Source: a virus (Duplodnaviria > Caudoviricetes). From it: a stretch of 31,637 bases of DNA. The notes below the pieces were generated by a model. It saw only the letters and a program-made list of their open reading frames with translations, searched no databases and was not told the DNA's origin. The number at the start of each line of letters is the position of its first letter. Positions within the stretch are counted from its first letter, which is position 1. Positions 26,062-31,637 of this stretch are shown piece by piece. The position numbers and the translations under genes were made by a program. The stretch spans positions 1 to 31,637 of the IMG/VR virus record IMGVR_UViG_3300016722_000001, one strand, 5' to 3'.

Positions 26062-26453
26062 AAGTGATGATAAAGTGCGACGACGGCACGAAATCCGCCG
26101 TGAGGGCCGAGCAAGTCGAGGTTGACGGAACCGCCCTTTCCGAGTGGCTCGAAAAAGGCAAAGCGGCGAAAGCCGATTTCGACCTATTCAAAAAGGCCAC
26201 CGATGAGACGATAAAGGAGCTAAGGAAGGAAATCCGCGAAGGGTATTACTCGAAGTGGAGAATCATCTTCGTCTGCGATTCCATCGTTTCGGATTGGCAA
26301 AACGGCATCGATGGCGTGGGAAGCGTTTTGAAGGCCAAGGCGGAGGAAATCAAAGCCGAAGCCCTGTTAAGCTCCGAGGCGAGTTGCGAATCCCTTTTGA
26401 CCGACGACCAAGTGAAATCCAGATACGAAAGGATTTTCGGGAGGGCATTATGA
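26058..26453 (+). CDS. Hypothetical helical protein (131 aa)
   Basis: GGAGG RBS; ATGA overlaps. Confidence 0.8.
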   Translation: MKVMIKCDDGTKSAVRAEQVEVDGTALSEWLEKGKAAKADFDLFKKATDETIKELRKEIREGYYSKWRIIFVCDSIVSDWQNGIDGVGSVLKAKAEEIKAEALLSSEASCESLLTDDQVKSRYERIFGRAL

Positions 26454-26872
26454 ACGATTGGATAGACAACCTTTGGGCTTTCTTGCAAAGCAACGACACG
26501 TTCACCGCGTGGGTATCGGCGATAGTGTCAGTTTTGACCGTCATCGGGATTCCCACCGTTTTGTCGATGGCGCGGACTTTGGCCAATTCCAAGGAAAACA
26601 AGAACTACAGGGGGGTGACCCTGGTAAGGATCCTATGGATTAGCGGTTTCGCGGTTTCCGTCATCGCCTATCTGCTATCGTGCCTCATTGAGGACAAGAG
26701 CTACAACGCGGAGCTGTCCGCCGCCGAAAGGATCGCGGACGTGAGGGCGGCGGCTTTGAAGCGCTCCAAGACATTAACAGCGAGAGAGACGAGATTAAAC
26801 AACCTCAAAAAGGAGGCCGAGGCGAAGTACGGCGATTTCGCTACCGTTCCCAGCCCGAAGAAAAGAAAATGA
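26450..26872 (+). CDS. 2-TM membrane protein, holin-like (140 aa, start MNDWIDN)
   Basis: Two hydrophobic helices and a basic coiled-coil tail; lysis-module position. Confidence 0.7.
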   Translation: MNDWIDNLWAFLQSNDTFTAWVSAIVSVLTVIGIPTVLSMARTLANSKENKNYRGVTLVRILWISGFAVSVIAYLLSCLIEDKSYNAELSAAERIADVRAAALKRSKTLTARETRLNNLKKEAEAKYGDFATVPSPKKRK

Positions 26873-27486
26873 CCCCCGACAACGCCACGATAGTGATAAT
26901 CGCCGCCGTCATTTTAGGTATAGTGGTCATCGGAACCATCATCTCTTGGATTGTCAACCCCAACGGGTTCAAGTCCGCCTTTAAGGGCTTTTGGCGCTCC
27001 GTCGGCCAAGACCTGAAGAGTTTCTTCCTCAAGCACTGGCTTAGGTTGTTGGGCGGGTTGGTCGCCTATATACTGCCTTTGGCTTTCTTCCTAAGCGCCT
27101 ATTTGACAAGAAAACCTAACAACCCTTCTTTCACCCTTCCTCTTGCGGTTTGGCTCGTCTTGATACCTCTCGCGCTCCTATATTGGGTGAGGATTAGGAA
27201 GTCGATAGACCAAAAGTTGGGATTGATGAAAGCGGTGAACGAGATAGACGCCTCAAAGCATTACGCTTCCATCATCGGGGCGCAAAGCCTAAAAGGGTTG
27301 ATGGGCTTCGCCACTTGGTTCATCGTCTACGAGATAGTCAAGATGTCCGAGGAGATACTCAACACGGCCTCGCAAGGGGTTCTCATTCTAGGGGTTTGCT
27401 ATGGGGTCGGAGCGTTCCTCTTTGTGCTAGACGCCGTGTTCACGAGAGCGCCAACGGACGTTGAGATTAGGATAGACAGGCATTGA
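26869..27486 (+). CDS. Polytopic membrane protein (205 aa, about 5 TM)
   Basis: Five hydrophobic segments; last gene of the rightward arm. Confidence 0.82.
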   Translation: MTPDNATIVIIAAVILGIVVIGTIISWIVNPNGFKSAFKGFWRSVGQDLKSFFLKHWLRLLGGLVAYILPLAFFLSAYLTRKPNNPSFTLPLAVWLVLIPLALLYWVRIRKSIDQKLGLMKAVNEIDASKHYASIIGAQSLKGLMGFATWFIVYEIVKMSEEILNTASQGVLILGVCYGVGAFLFVLDAVFTRAPTDVEIRIDRH

Positions 27487-27522
27487 AAACGCGTTCTAGG
27501 GCCTCTAGGCGCGTTTTCTTTA
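27485..27522 (+). terminator. Intrinsic terminator of the rightward arm
   Basis: GAAAACGCG(T)TCTAG-GGCCT-CTAGGCGCGTTTTC followed by TTT. Confidence 0.75.
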
Positions 27523-27653
27523 TGCAAACGCATAAATTGCCGTCTTTTGTTTTTATCCCCCTATATGGGGCTAAAAACAAACAAAGGCTTCCGTTCGCCC
27601 ACCTAAGGGTTCGGCGGAAGCCGTGGGGTTCTCATCCCCTATAAAGTTATTAT

Positions 27654-27697
27654 ATAAGAAAAGCCACTCGCGATATAGGAGGTAAACGCAAGTGGCT
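27654..27697 (-). terminator. Intrinsic terminator of the leftward arm, with an anti-SD loop
   Basis: Minus strand AGCCACTTGCG-TTTACCTCCTATAT-CGCGAGTGGCT-TTTCTT. Confidence 0.75.
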
Positions 27698-27729
27698 AGG
27701 GCTTTCCCCTTCGTTCATTATAGCGCGAT

Positions 27730-28911
27730 CTACTTGTTTATCAAATCGGCTAAGGGAATCGAGTTGTCATCTTTTGGCGCATCATCGGCTTTCGGTTCGG
27801 GAAGAGGCCCCTCGACCGCCTTTTTCCGTTCCTCGGCTTCCTTTTCGGCTTTGATCCTTTCGGCCTCGCGTGCTTTGAGGAATACCTCTTTGGCGGTCTT
27901 TGTGTTCGTGTCGGGAATGAAGTTGCCGTCCTTCATAACGCAGTTGTAGAAACCCTCAAGCACGTTTATCTTGTCTTTCAGCATATCGGCTAACCCGTCA
28001 TAGAAGCTATCCGCCACGCCAAAGCCCCTAAGAACGCCTCCGAGCAAACCCCCGACCCTCGAAAGGGCATTCATCCAAACTTCCGCCGTGTTCCCGTAGA
28101 AATTGTCCACGGTCGCGCCAGCGAACAATAGGGCCACGATCAGCATGAACAACAATGAGGATTCCACCCCCCTTCTCGCTTTCCTGTTGTTGGTCTTGCT
28201 CAAATGCAAACCTTGCGCGAACTCCGGCAACGTGTCCTCGGCCTCGAAGTTGGTATCCAAAAGATAGTAGTTTGCCTCGGCGAATTTTATCTCGCACTTC
28301 TCGTTAAGGAGTTTTATCGTCTTGTCGCAAAGCTCCTGGGATATTTGCGCGATGTAAAACGTTTTCCCGTTGTTGCATTTGACCTCTATCGCGCCGTCGG
28401 TCTTGACGGCTCTCCTCAAGTCCTGCTCGGTCGCGTAAAAGGCGATGTCGCGCGCGGTTGCGTTCAGTATCCCGTCCTCGGAGAAATCGCTGTCAGTGGA
28501 ACGCCAACCTATCTCCACCAATTCCTTCGCCTTTAGGCTGTTGATTTCGTTGGTGACCTCCCATTGCCTGTACTGCTCGAAATACTGCTTTTTGGGGAGT
28601 ATCTTATTCCGCTCCTCTTGGTAATCGGCTTTCGATTTGGAGAACTCGCTCAATTCGTCCGTAACGAGGTTTTGCGCCTCTAGCATCCAACCCGAGAACA
28701 AACCCGTGACGAAGATGCCCAACAAAAGTCCCATGTTCCACGCGAACTTGCCCCAATCTATCTTGGTCGCATCCCACCGCACGTCCATCAAGGAATAGGT
28801 GACCGTGATGGCGAACGACACCAAAATCAATAGATAGGCTATCGCCGTCCTCGAAAACAGCGCTCGGCTCACTTTCCGTTTCGTCTCTTTTATCTTGTTT
28901 ATCGCGCTCAT
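27730..28911 (-). CDS. 4-TM membrane protein (393 aa), last gene of the leftward arm
   Basis: 2 TM, soluble region, 2 TM, then a charged tail; same layout as 8316-9464. Confidence 0.85.
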   Translation of the reverse strand: MSAINKIKETKRKVSRALFSRTAIAYLLILVSFAITVTYSLMDVRWDATKIDWGKFAWNMGLLLGIFVTGLFSGWMLEAQNLVTDELSEFSKSKADYQEERNKILPKKQYFEQYRQWEVTNEINSLKAKELVEIGWRSTDSDFSEDGILNATARDIAFYATEQDLRRAVKTDGAIEVKCNNGKTFYIAQISQELCDKTIKLLNEKCEIKFAEANYYLLDTNFEAEDTLPEFAQGLHLSKTNNRKARRGVESSLLFMLIVALLFAGATVDNFYGNTAEVWMNALSRVGGLLGGVLRGFGVADSFYDGLADMLKDKINVLEGFYNCVMKDGNFIPDTNTKTAKEVFLKAREAERIKAEKEAEERKKAVEGPLPEPKADDAPKDDNSIPLADLINK

Positions 28912-29144
28912 TTTCTTTCCCCCAAGGAGCAGTATAGGCTAATCAGCAAAGCGACGATGGCGAACAAAACGAAGTAGATAGGCATGGCTTTTGGGCTGGA
29001 GAGCCAGGCGAACACGTCAAACCCCGCCCCGAACTTCAGCGAGACAATCAAGACCGTTAGGCCAACGATCAATCCCAAGATGGGGAAAATCAGCCCGAAC
29101 AATCCCCATTTCTTCTTGTAGTCCTTTAGCCATTTCATTTTCAT
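28908..29144 (-). CDS. Small 2-TM membrane protein (78 aa)
   Basis: Basic N-terminus and two hydrophobic helices; ATGA-coupled to the 393-aa gene. Confidence 0.82.
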   Translation of the reverse strand: MKMKWLKDYKKKWGLFGLIFPILGLIVGLTVLIVSLKFGAGFDVFAWLSSPKAMPIYFVLFAIVALLISLYCSLGERK

Positions 29145-29542
29145 TCCTCCCCGAATGTTTTGGGTTCCCCCAATGGAAATAGGAAATTTCTCTCGATGTA
29201 ATACTGCTGCCCCCTGATTATGAATCCGCGGGCGGACTTTTCCGCTATTTCCTTCTCGAACGGAGGAAGGAAACGGCAGTCATAGGGGTAGACGAACACG
29301 TAGCCTCTCTCGGTCTTCTTGAACGTGACGGGGCGCGGATTCGGCCCCTCCCAACCCAAAAGGAACCCCTCTATCTTGGAATAGGGTTGCGAGGCGATTT
29401 TCTCCCTTTCCAAAGCCTTTTTCACGGTTCCGTCGCAAACCTTGGCCCTGCGGCAAAATTCGGCAATCGAGATTTTCCTGTCGCAGATGTATGAGAGTAT
29501 CTTCTCGGACAGCTTATCGGTTGAGACCATCTGAAGCATCAT
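29141..29542 (-). CDS. HTH-containing protein (133 aa)
   Basis: ISIAEFCRRAKVCDGTVKKAL XRE-like helix pair. Confidence 0.7.
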   Translation of the reverse strand: MMLQMVSTDKLSEKILSYICDRKISIAEFCRRAKVCDGTVKKALEREKIASQPYSKIEGFLLGWEGPNPRPVTFKKTERGYVFVYPYDCRFLPPFEKEIAEKSARGFIIRGQQYYIERNFLFPLGEPKTFGEE

Positions 29543-29685
29543 TCGCCCTCCTTTTTAAGTATCTTCTCGCCCATCTTCTCGCCTTGGAATTTGGTGACGA
29601 TCCTCACGTCCCCATTGGGGAGTATCCACCATTCGCGCACGGAACCGTCCGCCATCGGCTCCACGTCGTCCAATATCTCGTTCAT
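29539..29685 (-). CDS. Microprotein (48 aa, MNEILDDVE...)
   Basis: AAAGGAG RBS; ATGA overlap. Confidence 0.7.
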   Translation of the reverse strand: MNEILDDVEPMADGSVREWWILPNGDVRIVTKFQGEKMGEKILKKEGE

Positions 29686-29696
29686 GTTCTCTCCTT

Positions 29697-30260
29697 TCAC
29701 GTGTTGTCGAACAGGTTGCCTTGGAACAAAGACGAATCCCTCTTGTCGTTTGGCAACGGCTCGCGGAACGGCTTGCACTCCTTCGTTAGGGGGTGCGCGT
29801 CCAACGTCGAGGAGAGCAGTTTCCCTTGGCCCGCCAGTTCGGCTTTCCTTTGAATCGCCTCGTAGCGGATTCGCGCAACAATCGACTTGCTAAGGTACTC
29901 CCGCTGGATTTCGTCCTTCTCTTTTTCGTCTTGAACCACATAGTATCTATAATCGTTCGTCTTCCCGATGATTCTGTCCTTGCTCTCGCAGAAATTGAGG
30001 GCGTCGATGTCGGAGTAAATCGTTCGGCATAAATCGTTGTTGAACTGCGACTTGTAAGGCTCGTAGTAACGTTTGTAGCCATCTAACGTCTTGAACCTAA
30101 CCCCCTCGATGATTTCCTCTTGGGTGGCTGGGTTCTCTTTCGTGTAAGGCTTCGAGGCTATGAAGTCATATAACGCCTCTTGCCTCGCGTTCGGCTTGTA
30201 CTTCTTGCGGTAGTCCTCGCGAAGTTTGGCTTCGAGAACCGCCACGCTGTCGTGGGTCAT
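29697..30260 (-). CDS. Winged-helix-like protein (187 aa, start MTHDSVA)
   Basis: RQEALYDFI...ATQEEI...CRTIYSDIDALN...IIG...YY pattern; AAGGAGG RBS. Confidence 0.6.
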   Translation of the reverse strand: MTHDSVAVLEAKLREDYRKKYKPNARQEALYDFIASKPYTKENPATQEEIIEGVRFKTLDGYKRYYEPYKSQFNNDLCRTIYSDIDALNFCESKDRIIGKTNDYRYYVVQDEKEKDEIQREYLSKSIVARIRYEAIQRKAELAGQGKLLSSTLDAHPLTKECKPFREPLPNDKRDSSLFQGNLFDNT

Positions 30261-30427
30261 TTTCTTCCTCCTTTTATTTCCTTCAAGACATCTTCGAGCG
30301 CATCGTGGTAGCCCCAAAGCCATCTAGCGCGGTCTTTGGGATTTAGCCCAGGCTCGATGTCCTTCATCTTTCTTTCGATGAACTCTACGATACTAAGCGT
30401 GCCGTTACCTTTTTCAGTTTTTATCAT
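30257..30427 (-). CDS. Small hypothetical protein (56 aa, MIKTEKG)
   Basis: AAGGAG RBS; GYHDALEDVL motif. Confidence 0.7.
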   Translation of the reverse strand: MIKTEKGNGTLSIVEFIERKMKDIEPGLNPKDRARWLWGYHDALEDVLKEIKGGRK

Positions 30428-30446
30428 TTTTCCGTCTCCTTTATTT

Positions 30447-30674
30447 TCATAGTCCAACCACTATGACGGCGATATACGAGACCGCCATTTTATCGAATTT
30501 TTTCGACACTTCCACACAAGCGCTTAATGGTTTGTTGATTACGTGATAGTCAAGACACTTCTCAAGCGTCTTCTTCTTTGAGGAGCTGGTGGCTATCACT
30601 TTACCGGTACGGGCTCCTATCAACTTCCATCTTGAATAGAAACAGATAAGAGCCAAACATTCTTTCACTGTCAT
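30447..30674 (-). CDS. Hypothetical protein (75 aa)
   Basis: AAGGGG RBS; co-oriented with neighbours. Confidence 0.75.
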   Translation of the reverse strand: MTVKECLALICFYSRWKLIGARTGKVIATSSSKKKTLEKCLDYHVINKPLSACVEVSKKFDKMAVSYIAVIVVGL

Positions 30675-30742
30675 TTCTTTTCCCCTTTCCCGTTTTTGTT
30701 CTTCGCCACCGCCCTATATGCTTCCAAACTGGTCTTTTTCAT
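30671..30742 (-). CDS. 23-aa microprotein or gene remnant (MKKTSLEAYRAVAKNKNGKGEKK)
   Basis: AAAGGAGG RBS at normal spacing; ATGA overlap with the next gene. Confidence 0.55.
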   Translation of the reverse strand: MKKTSLEAYRAVAKNKNGKGEKK

Positions 30743-30756
30743 CTTTTGCCTCCTTT

Positions 30757-30972
30757 TTATTCCATTAGCCTTTTGTAATCGTCTATAGCCGTCTCTAAAT
30801 CGTTTTTGGAAACGAACTTCCCCGGCTTTTTCCAACCGCTCACGGCGATTCCGTTTTTGACGATGCGGTATCTCGTGAACGTTTGCCCGAGTTCGTCTTT
30901 TTCAAGTTGCCCCTCGGCTACGTATTTACCCTTCTCGAACTTCTCGGTTTTCCCAATGAGTTTCGGTATCAT
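30757..30972 (-). CDS. Hypothetical protein (71 aa)
   Basis: ATGA overlap; co-oriented with neighbours. Confidence 0.75.
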   Translation of the reverse strand: MIPKLIGKTEKFEKGKYVAEGQLEKDELGQTFTRYRIVKNGIAVSGWKKPGKFVSKNDLETAIDDYKRLME

Positions 30973-31256
30973 TTCAGGAAAACTTCGATTTCCCCGTTGC
31001 CGAACTTGATGTCGGCAACGGACTTGCTAAGGGCCACGGGGTCGTCGATCCCGTTCGCGTATCCCTTGATCCACGAGCCGTTTCCCAAATCAACGCAGAC
31101 GATTCTATGGCCCAAAAACGGAATCAGCTTGGAGAAAAGAAGGGGGTTCTTTTTCTCCTCGATGGCTTTTCTAACGTAAGCGGACTTGTTCTTGAGCTTG
31201 CCCAAAAAATCCGCCGTTTTCCCGTCAACTCGCAAAACGATTCGATCAGTGTTCAT
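30969..31256 (-). CDS. Ribbon-helix-helix domain protein (95 aa); N-terminus paralogous to 1830-2258
   Basis: RIVLRVDGKTADFLGKLKNKSAYVRKAI vs [28 protein letters not shown]. Confidence 0.8.
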   Translation of the reverse strand: MNTDRIVLRVDGKTADFLGKLKNKSAYVRKAIEEKKNPLLFSKLIPFLGHRIVCVDLGNGSWIKGYANGIDDPVALSKSVADIKFGNGEIEVFLK

Positions 31257-31424
31257 TTTCCCTCCTTCGGCATTTTTGCCTTAAGTTGTTTGATTTCGTT
31301 CGACCCGTAATCGTTCTCGCACAAGGCGATGAACTCCTCTGGCGTGAACGTCGACTTGACCGACAAACCCTTCATCTTCACGAACTCGTTTCGGCCGGCC
31401 AAGCGTAACCGTTTTTGATTCCAT
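31253..31424 (-). pseudogene. Remnant of a second copy of the Gly-Tyr protein gene (C-terminal about 50 codons)
   Basis: Encodes [49 protein letters not shown]; the coupled ATG at 31424 is out of frame with it. Confidence 0.75.
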
Positions 31425-31637
31425 CACTTTCCCTCCTTTTGGCCATTTTCCGGCTTCCTATAGAGTTTGGCCGTGGCCTCGTCGATGTCCGACTCGTCGA
31501 TGACTTTCGGCTCCTTCTTAAAGAAGATGGTTTTCTCGTAGCCATCGTCTAGGATTATCGTGGCGATCGCCTTGAAGTCCGGTTTTTGGCCGTCACCGAC
31601 GAACGACAATTTGTCGCCCTCCCCGATTTCGTCGAAG
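31424..31637 (-). CDS. 3' part of the join-spanning 181-aa gene (starts at 459)
   Basis: Continuous frame through the 127-nt overlap. Confidence 0.85.
   Translation of the reverse strand, partial: FDEIGEGDKLSFVGDGQKPDFKAIATIILDDGYEKTIFFKKEPKVIDESDIDEATAKLYRKPENGQKEGK
31511..31637. repeat. Terminal overlap, copy 2
   Basis: Identical to 1-127. Confidence 0.97.

Noticed and set aside
26849-26872. PKKRK nuclear-localisation-like signal
   Set aside because: Bacterial phage context; a basic tail is usual for holin-like proteins and overlaps the next gene's purine-rich start region.
8316-27486. Stop-codon reassignment
   Set aside because: Genes tile densely under code 11, and TAA, TAG and TGA all end genes at sensible boundaries.
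27692-27949. Antisense ORF with a perfect AGGAGGT SD
   Set aside because: The SD and GTG lie within the terminator hairpin of the opposite strand, and the frame shadows the 393-aa gene; not called without expression data.
31424-31445. Recurrent KEGK-type C-termini as a protein motif
   Set aside because: By-product of the AAGGAGG SD of the next coupled gene.

Overview
The window looks like a complete, circularly assembled tailed-phage genome of about 31,510 bp. Bases 1-127 are repeated exactly at 31511-31637, and one gene reads across the join. There are two divergent arms starting from a control region at about 8103-8315. The leftward (minus-strand) arm runs from 8102 through the join to 27730. 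It carries many small genes, an XRE HTH, a DUF1351-like protein, a Sak/DUF1071 annealase, a replisome-organizer initiator with an internal palindrome array, a tRNA with a UAU anticodon, a DPPH-motif methyltransferase, an HNH-like protein, three ribbon-helix-helix proteins, a Gly-Tyr repeat protein and membrane proteins. The rightward arm (8316-27486) carries a 4-TM membrane protein, terminase, portal, scaffold, capsid, neck genes, a very reduced tail module, a 1798-aa FN3/hub-like protein, a mosaic fibre and more membrane proteins. I cannot recognise an endolysin, integrase, stand-alone tail tube, long tape measure, SSB or reverse transcriptase. The strongest leads are (i) a minimal-tail virion plus six membrane proteins and no lysin, suggesting a phage of a wall-less, code-11 host, and (ii) a tRNA(UAU) lying in frame inside a translationally coupled ORF. 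All protein calls come from motif recognition and gene order by eye, not from database searches.
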